DNA of 64,000 nt from assembly GCA_963811165.1 (NCBI GenBank), contig CAWEQH010000001.1, forward strand, positions 576,001 through 640,000, read 5' to 3'. Origin of the DNA: an uncultured Nitrospiraceae bacterium (GTDB taxonomy: Bacteria > Nitrospirota > Thermodesulfovibrionia > Thermodesulfovibrionales > UBA6898). Under the pieces are notes generated by a model. That model worked only from the letters and a program-made list of their open reading frames with translations. It searched no databases and was not told where the DNA came from. The position numbers were made by a program, and so were the translations under genes. The stretch's first letter is position 1. The number at the start of each line of letters is the position of its first letter. Below, in pieces: positions 10,180-21,137 of the stretch.

Positions 10180-13100
10180 TTACGGGGCGGTTACGTATCC
10201 CGCAATCTGGCCTGTATTAATTGAAAATACGTTTAGTTGGCCAGTCAGCAAGGGATCCATCCCGGCTGCGGGCACGTCATTCGAAACAGCAGTTGCTATT
10301 TGCGTCCAGGCGGTGTTGCCTGTGAGGCTGTCGCCGTTAATGCTTGCCTTATAGATGTTAGTGTTGGCGGCGCCCTTGGCAACGACCTCAAGTTTGTTTG
10401 ATTAGCGTTCCAGGTGATACCAGGACGAGTCGAAGTGGTGCCGGCAGGAAATACCTTCCAACCGCTGAACGACGAGCCGTTGTTATTGACGTTACCGACA
10501 AGGATCTGATTGGTGCTGTTTCTCAAAAGCGAACTGGACCTTTCCGGTATTATCAATCGCAATTGCCGGAGCAGAAGCGACGACGCCTGCAAGTGCGGTC
10601 TGGGAGGCACCTGTACCGTTGTAGTTCATGGAACCTACCCATGCGGTGGTACCGGCCAAGATCGCATATTGCAGCTTGTTAGTTACAGGGTTCCAGGCGA
10701 TTGCCGGAGCGGCAGTATTACCCGCCCCGACCAGGGTATATCCGCTGAACCCTGAGCCGTCGGCATTCATATTCGCAACCCAGAGATTGTTAGAGCAGAT
10801 CCCTTAACTGCGATTATGAGCTTCTTGTGTAGAGGGTCCCAAGCGATTGCGGGAGCAGTCGATGAGGTCCCTGGGGACAGAGGGGCAAAATCAAAGTTGA
10901 GTACGCCGTCCACATTCGCCGTCCCTACGTAGATCTTGCTGTCCGCTCTCCTGATGGCAACATGGTATTTGCCCAACGTGGGGTTCCATGCGACCGAAGG
11001 AGCGGAGGCCGAGTTAACCGGGGCGATCTGGAAGACAATCGGCCGCATCATGTCGAATTCTTCGTGGGCCAGGATGTGGCAGTGCCACACGTATTCAAAG
11101 CCGAAGTCGGTCAGCGTGTTGGTTGTCTGGGCCACTGCGGGGACGCCCACCGGCGGCGCTATCGGCAGGAAGTTTGTGGTGGAACCCACAGGCGTCGAGG
11201 GATCCAGCGGCCGGATTTCGTGCGGCTCAGTGAACGGCAGCACCGGCTGGGTCGGCTTTAAGGCAATAAAGATGTCCTCAAAGGGGTTGGTCCTGATGGC
11301 TTCCCTCCAGCCCAGTTCATCAGGATAGGGCGGCTTTACCGTGTTGGCATAGTCGACCCTGTTTATTACCTGAAGGTCGAAGAGGTGGAAGTGCATCACA
11401 TGGGAATCGACGCCGAGGTGCGTAATGCGCCAGAGCACGATTTCGCCGTTGTTGAGGTACTCGGTCGGCGGGTCTATGAACTTCGAGATACCCACAACCG
11501 GGCCTGTGCCTACCGTCGGCGTAAGCGGGTTGGGGGTCGAACCGAGGAAGATGTTTATCCGCCCGTAGTCCGGATCAAAACCCTCGGTCAGGTTCTTCCC
11601 GTAGGAGCAAGGGCGCCGGTAAGCAACGCCGAAGCAGTGGCGCCGGTGCCGTTGGTCCCCGGTGCAGCGATGAGGAAGACCAGAGGCTCATTGACGCATC
11701 CAGAGCCCGCATTTGTGACCGTGATCGAGCCGACGAGGCCGGCGGTTGCCACGGTAACCGAGCAGGTCGCGCCGGTGCCGCCGCCGCCCGTAATGGTGCA
11801 GGTAGGGGCTACCGCGTTAACCGCGGTGTTATAGTTCGAACCTGGCTCCATAATTATGATAGCGGTAACTACACCGCCCGATATCGTTGCCGCTACGGTG
11901 GCCTGTACGCCGCCGGCAAGGGGCGCGCCCAAGGTGACCGTAGGCGCCGAGGTGAACCCGGTGCCTGCCGCGACGAGCGTGACCGCGCCGATGGGGTTAA
12001 TCCCCGCAGTCGCGGCGGGCAGCGTGGTGCATCCGCCTGCGCCGGGGACTATCTGAACCGAAGGAGCTACGGTATAACCTGCGCCGGGCAGTGTCGTCAC
12101 GATCCTGGCGACGGTCTGACCCTTACCGGTTATATTCAGGCTGTCCATGTATCCCTGGCCATAAATATTGGCAGTCGCGAAGCCGGGGAAGGCCGCATTA
12201 TACGCCAGCTGCGGCACTATGGTTTTTCCTGAACTGCTGCAAAGGCCTTCGGCAACACCGTCCTCAGAGCGGTGAACGTCGCCCCGAATGGGCCGCTCAG
12301 GGTCGGCGGGTTGAAGGACCCGGTAGGAGAGTGATCGAAAGCCGGCGTTGCCGTGACATCGAAGTTGAGGGTCGACGTCTTGGTTCCCGCGATCCGGATC
12401 TGCATGAGGGTTCTGATGTTCGGGCCGAAACCTGCTGGTGTCGGGTACGCGCCCACCGGGAACTTATCAGGAGAGTCGGTGTAGTAGTCATAGGACGAAT
12501 TGAACATTGCATAGGCGTCGGTGCGTCGTTGTACACGATAAGCATGTCGCCTGCCGTGTAGTGGGAGAAATCGACAATAACGTCAGCCCGCATCGCGCCC
12601 ATCAGGTAGAGCGTATGGCTGGTGACGCCTGCAAAGGGGAGATTCTGCCGGACATACTCATAGTCGACCGGATTCTGCGGCCAGACCGCAAGCTGCGCCA
12701 GGAACCCGGCTTCATTGCCTATCTGGAGCCACGGGGGGCCTATAGTGGTCAGGATCAGGCACGCCTCCGTCCCTGCCGTCTGTCGGCCAGGTCGGCGGAT
12801 CCTGCGCCCACTGCGGCGGGGACCATTGCGACCTCTGTGCAGAGGTTTTCCCAGGTCTGACCCGAGGGTGGCGTTGCATAATTGTAACCGAGGGACCCTG
12901 CTTTGCATATGGTGCCCGCAAGGTAGCCTGCGCCGCCAAAGTTCGGACCGGTAAACGTGAAGCCGGTGACCGCGCCGGTTCCATCCAGTATCGGCGTTGC
13001 TGTGGCGACCGTAGTCGGAACGTGGCCGGCAACGTCGGTGATGGTCGCGGTGAGACCAGGGGCACATCCTGCGCCTGGTCTCAGGACAGAGATGCCGGTG

Positions 13101-15080
13101 ACGCCGCCGCCGCGTACCACAGTCGAGGCGATAGGCATCGTGGTGCAGGCCCGGTGAAGGTAACATGGGCATGCCGACGGCCGCGCTATAGAGCTGGAGG
13201 TTGAAGCTGCGGTCGTTTCCTGCGTCCAGTATCCTGAAGCGGAGTGCGTCAGGCGGCAAGTTGACGAAAGGGAAGGCCGTGCCGTTGACGACCGCCGTGT
13301 CCTGAAAGGCCTCGGCGTGACTGACGGGCTCGGCAGGGTGAGATACTTCGGAATCGCCGCCGGAATCATGAAGGGGCCGTAGTCCCACCTGCCGGTATCG
13401 GTGTACCCTCTCGGGTCAAAGATGTTCTCGATCGGCATGTACTCGTGGGGCATCCAGAGGTTCCCACCAGACAGCCGAGGCTATTGTTGGTATAGTTCAC
13501 CCAGAGAGGGTCTACCGCGAGGTTATCTCGTTGGACTGGAACTCAGCCGGGAACGACCTCGTGGCGGGATAGGCGTTACGAATGGCATCCGTCGACGCAT
13601 CTGCCACAAAGGTCTTGTCCTGAATGACCAGCGGGATTCCGTAGCGGTATACCCCATTAGGGGTACCATTGTCAGGCAAGATCTTGGTGGGGCTGATCCC
13701 CGCGGCGGTGAAGACGCCAGAATTGTTGGTGCCGTCGATCAGATCATCCTCGGCGTCGTCGACGATCAGATAGGGTGCGGCCATGCCGTCATAAACAGTC
13801 AACCTCGTAATGCCCCAGGCATGGTCGTGGAGGAAGACACCGGGGACTCTGCTGGTTCGTATAATACAGGGTCTCAACACCGTCGTCGGCTGAAGGCGTA
13901 ATGCACTTCGCGCCGCCTACGCGGAGAGGGCCCGTCACCATGTCGGGGACATCCTGGAAGTCCGGACCTTTCTTCATGCCCCAGGGATATCCCGGGATGG
14001 CGGTCCCGGTAATCGGGTCTCCCACAGGAGTGAACCATTCGCTGGGAGGTCCGTCGTTGCTGCCCGGGGTGTGGCCGCCATGGAGGTGAATGGAGATGCG
14101 GTTCTGCGTGAACTTGGCACAGGTCGAGAGCCCGTAATCACAGGCCGCTCCTGTCAAATCCTGGGGCCCCATTCCCCAGCCCATGACCGTCTCGTCCACA
14201 GGGAAGGGGAGCGCTCCGCGCCGCCTGTGCTGAGCGGAAGATGGTTTTCGAACCTGAAGCGCACCGGCTTGCCGTTTACCGCGCTTCCAAGAGGATAACC
14301 ACCAATGAATCCGGTGCTCCCGGCCGGCTTGTCTGGATGATAGGTGCGGGCTATGATCGCCGGTCCCAGATACTGAGGTGTGCCGCCGGCGTTAGGATCT
14401 GTTGCGTGATCACCCTTAATGTAATAGCCCCGGAGCGTTGTCGGAGGCAGGTCGGTGTGCATCTGGCGTGAATACTGCGCTACGCCGAGCTCATAGTAGT
14501 CCGAAGCAGGGGCAATACCCGTTGTCGGAAAGCTTGCCGTGTCGGGAATGGCAATCGGGATGAACTCTCCGAGGTTGTTTTGGTTGCACGTACCACCGGT
14601 AACATAAGGGGGCGTGCCGGTACCCGGCGTGCATCCCTGAAGTCCCAGTCCGGGCAGCGAGTCAACGAACTTCCTGATACTCGGGCTCTGGGCAAAGTTC
14701 GGGAGGGTGTAGTCGACGACCGGGTTAAACCCGATCCCTGGCGGGAAAAGCGGGTTGGCCGCGACCGCCGGACCGACAACCTTAGACGGATAAGGCGGCC
14801 TAACCGGCCCGCTCGGCATCTGATTGATAGCCTCAGGAATCGGTCCGCGGAACCGTTGTCCGCTGGCCTTTATCGCGTTCAGCATCTGTTGAGTCCACTG
14901 CAAATACTCATTGTGTCTATCGAGGTCAGTATTCACTCCGCTCTGAAGCGATGGCGCTACCGTCCCCTTTGGCGGGTGGCCTCTTTCCCCTTCCTCTGCG
15001 TTGCCCCTGACAACTCCCCATAAAAAGAGAGCTGCTGTGAGGAGCACGCCCATTACAACGATAATTTTTCGTCCATACAT
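10180..15080 (-). CDS. Very large exported multicopper oxidase, Geobacter OmpB / Leptothrix MofA type (many frameshifts)
   Basis: All four copper motifs across fragments: HLHGGH (~14080), FLHDHAWG (~13825), HVMHFH (~11390), WHCHILAHEEFDMM (~11070). Also IRKFVDSLPGL and IPLVIQDKTFV; N-terminal signal peptide; stop TAA at 10180. Confidence 0.88.
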
Positions 15081-15727
15081 TATGTTTATCCTCCTGCTTT
15101 TAAATGTTTTCCTTCATTGCTCTAAGCCCTGACACCATCATAATTCATAACTTCGTCTCAACATCCCCTTCCCTTTGTCGATTCTCCGACAATTTGATTG
15201 CTAAGAGTTCTATCTGGAAATATGCGTCTAGTGTAACTATTTACTCCCCCCATCAAGAGACCACTTGAGTGGTATCCGAATTTATTAAGTATATTTAATG
15301 ATGCCAACCAACGTTTAATATACTTATCTATTTAGAAATTTCAATATAAAAATATATAAAATATAAAAACTTTGCATTTATTCTCCCGCCATCCGCGAGA
15401 AGTCTGAATAATTTTAACCAATTAGGGGATTTTCAACAATAAGTCTTAGTCCGAAATTAATGGAGGATTCATTAACTTTGATGTAAGTCATTTCCCTACA
15501 AAAGTCGGGTTTAAATTCGTCACCCATGATCCTCAATAATCAGTAACAAGCTGTTATAGCTGCTTTTTTAGCTAAGCAGGGAAAAGCTATGCAGGGCGTA
15601 GTTGAAATTAACCTGGAAAAAGGAGATCAAGCGGAAAGTCATAATAGAAAAAATTAATAGATGAAAAATTAATCAAAGGACCACTTATCCCCCCAAGGCA
15701 CGTATGGATGTCATGTTGCAGAAACGC

Positions 15728-17505
15728 TCAGTAAATAACCCGATCGCTCCTTCTGATAAGTTCAGGTTTCGGTCCTTTCTTGAGCTGAACGATATAGCAT
15801 CCCTTGGAGGCATAGCGTTGACCCGGACCGAAGCTCAGGCGCTCATACGGAGCAATCTCCTGGTCCTCCATCATTCCGATGACATCCAAAAAGTAGTCAC
15901 GGTAATATTTTCCCCTTATATCCATGAGCGCCCGGTCCAGGACCTGGATAACGTCGTGTGTCCGCGCGGTAATCTGCTGAATATCGTCCTGAGCCGGCTT
16001 TCTCGTCAAGGTCTCGATGTGGCCTACAAACGTTGCCTCATCCTGGCGCAACCTGAAAGGGTAGGTTACGTAAGACTTGCGCAATTTGAAAGGGTAGGTT
16101 ATGTACGTGAAGTCACGGGCCTGATCCTTCAATTCCCAAACACTCTTCCCAAGATAGCTCGATGAAACAAAAACCATTCCCGGCCTGTCGTTACCGACAG
16201 CCGCCATATATTCAAGAGCGGTCAGGGCCTGGGGACCGTCCCAAAGGACGAGCACGGCAGGTTTTTCCTCAGCCAATGCCTTCCGCAAGGAGGCTGCAGT
16301 CAGCGCTTCCCCTGCCTTGAGGGTGACCGACACGGGGGGGCGATGTCCCGCTTCCTGCAATGTGTTTTGAAACCCGGCCGCCAGCGCCCGGCCTTCACTT
16401 GAATCGCGAACGATCTGGAGTATCACCCCGCCTTTTGCCGGTTCGTCCTCTACCGTATTGAGATATCTGGCCGCTCCTTCGCCTTCCTGATAATATCCCC
16501 TCGACAGATACCAGGTATACCAGTCATTTTCGGAAATGACCGGTAAATCGGTAAAAGGGAAGAGTTCCGGGATCTTATTTGCCTCGCAGAAATCGTGTAC
16601 CGGCTTCCAGTCACCGCTTGTAATTCCCCCTATCAGCGCAAATACAGGATTGTTACGATGGTATTCTTCCAGCTGGATGCGCCAGGTCTCCCGGGGACCT
16701 TTGAGCACCCAGAGTGCCAGTGACAGATCCCGGTATGCCTGTTCCGGACCGGCGTATTGTCCCTGGGACACCGATGATTCCTGCACAGAGCGGTTCATGC
16801 CTTCCTCAACCTTTTTGAAATATGCATTGCTGTTCCAACTCACTATGTAGTTCTCTAAGGGACGCAGCATCGCCTTGCGAACTTCGGGGCTCACATCCTC
16901 GGAGACGACCGTCGCCAAGTGCAGCGTCGAAGCCGAGACCCCGGGAGAAAATTGAGATGAAAGCGATTTGAGGTAGAAGATGAGCACTGCCATGTCCTTA
17001 TCATCAAGCAGATAACGGGGCATGACCTCGCTCAGGACCCGGCCTGTGGGGTCTATGCCGCCCCTGATTACGTCAGCCAATGTTTCATCCGTATACGCCG
17101 GCCGATATAAAAGCGGCGTGGGAGCTTTTTGAAAATAGCCTGTATAAAATTCTATCTTGTACGGATGGAAGAGCTTCTTCCCGGTTGTAGGGGGCGTGAT
17201 AACACTGCCCTCGATAGAGCCGAGCCCGCTGCGCAGATGGCAACTCACGCAGCTGAAGGCTGTTCCTGCAACAGGGATTTCCCCATTTACCACGGCCTCC
17301 ATCGGTTCACCCGAGGGAAGGATCCGTCACGATACATCCGTTCCCCAAGGCGTACTGCCTTTTCATTGGCCATCCCGGGAACAGGGAGGGGCTTTACGTC
17401 ATCTGCCCATACAGGCCCGGACCAATAAAGCGCGAGCAGGGTAATAAAAAATCGCAGACCGATCAATGCCCCGCGTGCTGTCTTTGCGATATATGTTTTC
17501 ATCAT
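15728..17505 (-). CDS. Monoheme cytochrome c fused to a periplasmic-binding-protein-like domain (frameshift ~17300)
   Basis: Signal peptide and LGERMYRDG in 17287..17505; CVSCH, MPRY and a long alpha/beta C-terminal region in 15728..17302. Confidence 0.8.
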
Positions 17506-18083
17506 TTGGCCATCCTTTCATATTCGGCCAAAAGGTCGGAAGTCCCGATGAGACCGTAGATTCTGAGCCATCGTTTGTCAGCCGAAGAATACAGCAGGGC
17601 CAGCGGCAAGTGGGACATCTTATTCATGGTGTAGGCCTCCAGGACCTTTGTCACTCTTTCGATATCTCTCTTGGAACCCGTCAGGAATTCCCACCCTGGT
17701 TTTGCACCATACCGTTTAAGGTACTCGGTCAGCCTTTTCGGGGTATCATTTTCAGGATCAATCGAGATGGAAATGAGCAACACATTCTTCGGATCCTGGC
17801 CGACCCTCTTTTGGAAATTTGCAAAGCCGGCTGAAAGCACCGGACAGATCGTGGTGCAGGTGGTAAAGATAAAATCCACCAACACTACTTTCTTCGAGTT
17901 CAGCAGCTCAATGAGCTTCACCTTTTTCCCCTGTTGATTCAGCAGCGTCACGTCCGGAACGACATAGTCTTTGAACGTCCTCGTGTACTTTTCCTGTGTC
18001 CCGGCGCTGACTATCTCTGCTGGAAGTAATAGCGTAAGTGCAGCCAACAAAACCGGGAAATACCATATCTTGAGTTTTGGCAT
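17502..18083 (-). CDS. SCO1/SenC family copper chaperone
   Basis: FIFTTCTTICP (CxxxC), SISIDPENDTP, W.FLTG, conserved His (MSH). Confidence 0.92.
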   Translation of the reverse strand: MPKLKIWYFPVLLAALTLLLPAEIVSAGTQEKYTRTFKDYVVPDVTLLNQQGKKVKLIELLNSKKVVLVDFIFTTCTTICPVLSAGFANFQKRVGQDPKNVLLISISIDPENDTPKRLTEYLKRYGAKPGWEFLTGSKRDIERVTKVLEAYTMNKMSHLPLALLYSSADKRWLRIYGLIGTSDLLAEYERMAK

Positions 18084-18290
18084 TGCAAAACCTCCATTAT
18101 ATTTTTACACTGACTTTTTTACTCTATCATAAAAAATCACGGGTGGCTAGCAAACGAAAAGGTGGGTAGTGGGTCGTTTAAACTGACCACTACAAAAGGT
18201 GCAGCCTCATCTTATCCCTGCAACCAATTCCCTTTTTGTCGCCCTTGTCTTGAAGTGTTACGTCTGATATGATGGCTGTATTACATCCTC

Positions 18291-19280
18291 ATGAAAAGGA
18301 GTTTTATGAAATCAAGATTCGCAGTTTTCATGGTCTTGCTCTTTCTCTCACTGTCTTCTCTGAGCTATGGGACTGATTGGTGTCAGGAATATTTGAATAA
18401 AGGAGAATATGACAAAGCGATTGATGCATGCACAGCCATGATTCAATCGCCGGCCCCTCAGACATATCGTAGCTTCTACAATCGCGGGTTTGCCTATTCC
18501 AAGAAGGAACAATACGACAAGGCCATTGCGGATTACACCACGGCAATTGAGCTGGCCCCCCGAAACGGGGGCATTTACGAGGCACGGGCATACGCCTACG
18601 AGGGCACGAAGCAGTACGATAAAGCCATTGGGGATTGGAGTAAAGCCGTTTCAATCGCTCCCTCAGAATATAATTACCTCCATCGCGCAGGTCTCTATCG
18701 CAACAGTGGGCGATATCGTGAGGCCATAGCGGATTACGGCAAGGTCATACAGTTGGACCCCGAAAAGGCCGCAGGCTATTGGTTTCGCTCAGTTGCCTAT
18801 TACGAAGAGGGATCGTTCGGGGACAGCGTCCGGGACAACAGGAAATTGATAGAAATAATGCCGAAGACAATCCATGATGTGAAATTGGATCTTCTCTATG
18901 TGCGTCTTTTAAATTCCGCAGGGAAGCTTTCTCAAGGCGAATACGACAAAGTCCTCGCAGAACTCCGGAGCTATGTGGCCTCTCACGACGTTTCATCCGA
19001 CGACGAAAAGTGGTGGCGGGCCATTTCAAAGTATTACCTGGGGATGGGTGACGTGACGGATATCCGATTGCTTGAGGAAGCGCGCAATGGCAGGACTGAA
19101 GAAACGGTGCAACACAGGCTTTGTGATGCATATTATTCGATCGGCGAAAAAAAACTTATGGAAGGGGACAGAAAAGGGGCAGAAGGGTCCTTTAATAAAA
19201 GCATAGAAACGGGCGTAAATTCATATTCATCAAGATATGCAAAGGCGATGCTGATGCTGATGCATGAGGGAAAGCTGTAG
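18291..19280 (+). CDS. Exported TPR protein (NlpI-like C-terminus)
   Basis: Signal peptide; repeats YNRGFAY..YDKAIADYTTAIEL; C-terminal LCDAYYSIGEKKL...FNKSIETG. Confidence 0.8.
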   Translation: MKRSFMKSRFAVFMVLLFLSLSSLSYGTDWCQEYLNKGEYDKAIDACTAMIQSPAPQTYRSFYNRGFAYSKKEQYDKAIADYTTAIELAPRNGGIYEARAYAYEGTKQYDKAIGDWSKAVSIAPSEYNYLHRAGLYRNSGRYREAIADYGKVIQLDPEKAAGYWFRSVAYYEEGSFGDSVRDNRKLIEIMPKTIHDVKLDLLYVRLLNSAGKLSQGEYDKVLAELRSYVASHDVSSDDEKWWRAISKYYLGMGDVTDIRLLEEARNGRTEETVQHRLCDAYYSIGEKKLMEGDRKGAEGSFNKSIETGVNSYSSRYAKAMLMLMHEGKL

Positions 19281-19462
19281 TTCCGTTCCCGTGTATCTTT
19301 GCTTTTGTCCTTACGGAAACGTGACCGGTCGGTCCAAACGCAGACGAAAAAGTCTGTCCCCCTTTTCCCGCAGACAGGTTGAACTAAAGCGCCTGCCTCC
19401 ACGGCCGAGGGGGGAACCCCATCCGTCTATGCGCTACGCCAAGAATACGTCGCAGAAGGTGT

Positions 19463-20317
19463 CTACTCGAAGGGGGCGGTGGTTACGTCAAGTTTTATTG
19501 CCTTATCGATAGCCTTTGCCGCCTCTTCATTTCGGCCCAGAGCTCGAAGGCTTACGCCTTTATAATACCAGGCATACACTTCCTCTTCATGGCCCAGGCC
19601 GAGGCTTATCGCCTTATCGTACGCCTTCACCGCTTCTTCATGCCGTCCCAGAGTTCGAAGACTTGAGCCTTTCAAATACCACGCGTGAGGAGTTAACTCC
19701 TTCCTCAGGCCGAGGCTTATCGCCTTATCGAGGGCCTTTGCCGCCTCTTCATTTCGTCCTAATGCTTGGAGGCTTAAGCCGTTTGAGTACCATGCATATG
19801 CCTCGTCTTCCTTCTTAAGGCCGAGGCTTATCGCCTTATCGAAAGCCTTTGCCGCCTCTTCATGTCGTCCTAATGCTTGAAGGTTTAACCCGGTTGAATA
19901 CCACGCATATGCCTCGTCCCTTTTCTGCAAACCGAGGTTTATTGCCTTATCGAAGGCCTTTAACGCCTCTTCACGTCTGCCCAAACTTCCAAGGCTTGCC
20001 CCCTTCTCATACCAGGCATATGCCTCTAAATCTTTCCTGGGGCCGAGGCTTATCGCCTTATCGAATGCCGCTATCGCTTCTTCGTATTTGCCGGCCTGGC
20101 TTAACCCTACTGCCTTGTTATTCCAGTCCGTTGCATTGTCCTCTGCAAAAGCCGGCGCGGCTGCTGAACCGGATACTATGAAACAAGACAGCAAAAATGC
20201 CATTGCAGTAAAATAGTAAGTGCTTTTTCTCGCTGCCGCGTTCCTCGGTTCTTTCACCGGACGGCCAACTTCGTGAGAATTGAGTATAATCATTATCGTC
20301 CTCCCTAAAAGGTCCAT
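19463..20317 (-). CDS. Exported TPR protein with 37-aa tandem repeats
   Basis: Hydrophobic leader, then ~5.5 repeats of AxDKAIsLGL....AWYxxGxxLxxLGRxEEAxK. Confidence 0.85.
   Translation of the reverse strand: MDLLGRTIMIILNSHEVGRPVKEPRNAAARKSTYYFTAMAFLLSCFIVSGSAAAPAFAEDNATDWNNKAVGLSQAGKYEEAIAAFDKAISLGPRKDLEAYAWYEKGASLGSLGRREEALKAFDKAINLGLQKRDEAYAWYSTGLNLQALGRHEEAAKAFDKAISLGLKKEDEAYAWYSNGLSLQALGRNEEAAKALDKAISLGLRKELTPHAWYLKGSSLRTLGRHEEAVKAYDKAISLGLGHEEEVYAWYYKGVSLRALGRNEEAAKAIDKAIKLDVTTAPFE
19495..20085 (-). repeat. Intragenic 111-bp tandem repeat (~5 copies)
   Basis: GGCCGAGGCTTATCGCCTTATCG and close variants recur at ~19598, 19708, 19820, 19932 and 20041 (period 111). Confidence 0.85.
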
Positions 20318-20366
20318 TATTTCTATAGATTATATAAAAACGTGATACGAAATCAGCAGAAATACC

Positions 20367-21137
20367 TCAACCGCCGTATCTCTTTATCGTTCCCGCAACA
20401 TCGGCGCCGGACTCATGAATCTGGCCGTGGTCCAGCCAGACGACTTTGTTGCAGAGGTCTTCTATGTCGGTCAAATTGTGAGAAACGAGAAGCATCGTTG
20501 TCCCCTTTTCTTTGAACGCACGAATTCTTTCGTTGCACTTTCTTTTGAAATGTGCATCGCCCACGGCGAGGATTTCATCGATGATGAGTATCGCCGGATC
20601 GACTTCGGTCGCGATCGAAAACCCGAGTCTGGCTATCATCCCGGAAGAATATGTTTTAAGGGGGCTGTAAATAAAACCGCTGAGCTCGGAAAAATCCACT
20701 ATCGCCTCGAACTTGTTGTCGATCTCCTTTTTTGAAAGTCCGAGGATCGAGGCATTGAGGTATATGTTTTCTGAGCCGGTCAGCTCCATGTCAAAACCCG
20801 CGCCGAGCTCTATAAGAGGTGCGATTTTGCCGCTTACAAAAACGCTTCCCGCTGTGGGCTTCATCACCCCGGCGACTACCTTTAAGAGCGTGCTTTTCCC
20901 TGCACCGTTAGCACCGATAATGCCGAGGGTCTCCCCTTTGCCGACCTCGAAGCCTACATGCCTCAAGGCCCAGAAATCCTCATAATTGGTCTTCCTGCCT
21001 TTTAGTTTCTGTATGAGAAATTCCTGGAGCGTCTTCGGTTTTTCCCTGGAAAGACGGTAGCGGACCGCAACGTCCGCAATCTTTATTGAGAGATCACTCA
21101 TCCCCGTGCCCCCAAATATTTCTCCGCCCGCGATCAC
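20367..21137 (-). CDS. wzt: Glycan ABC exporter ATP-binding subunit, no C-terminal carbohydrate-binding domain
   Basis: GANGAGKST, LGAGFDMELTG, YSSGM, ILIIDEILAVGD; alternative start at 21101. Confidence 0.92.
   Translation of the reverse strand: MIAGGEIFGGTGMSDLSIKIADVAVRYRLSREKPKTLQEFLIQKLKGRKTNYEDFWALRHVGFEVGKGETLGIIGANGAGKSTLLKVVAGVMKPTAGSVFVSGKIAPLIELGAGFDMELTGSENIYLNASILGLSKKEIDNKFEAIVDFSELSGFIYSPLKTYSSGMIARLGFSIATEVDPAILIIDEILAVGDAHFKRKCNERIRAFKEKGTTMLLVSHNLTDIEDLCNKVVWLDHGQIHESGADVAGTIKRYGG

Noticed and set aside
15290..15310. Sigma-54 promoter (TTGGCA on the minus strand)
   Set aside because: The -12 position reads TAAAT rather than TTGC.
19495..20085. CRISPR array or DGR template/variable repeat
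   Set aside because: The repeats are in-frame coding units with a 111-bp period; no cas or reverse transcriptase gene is present.
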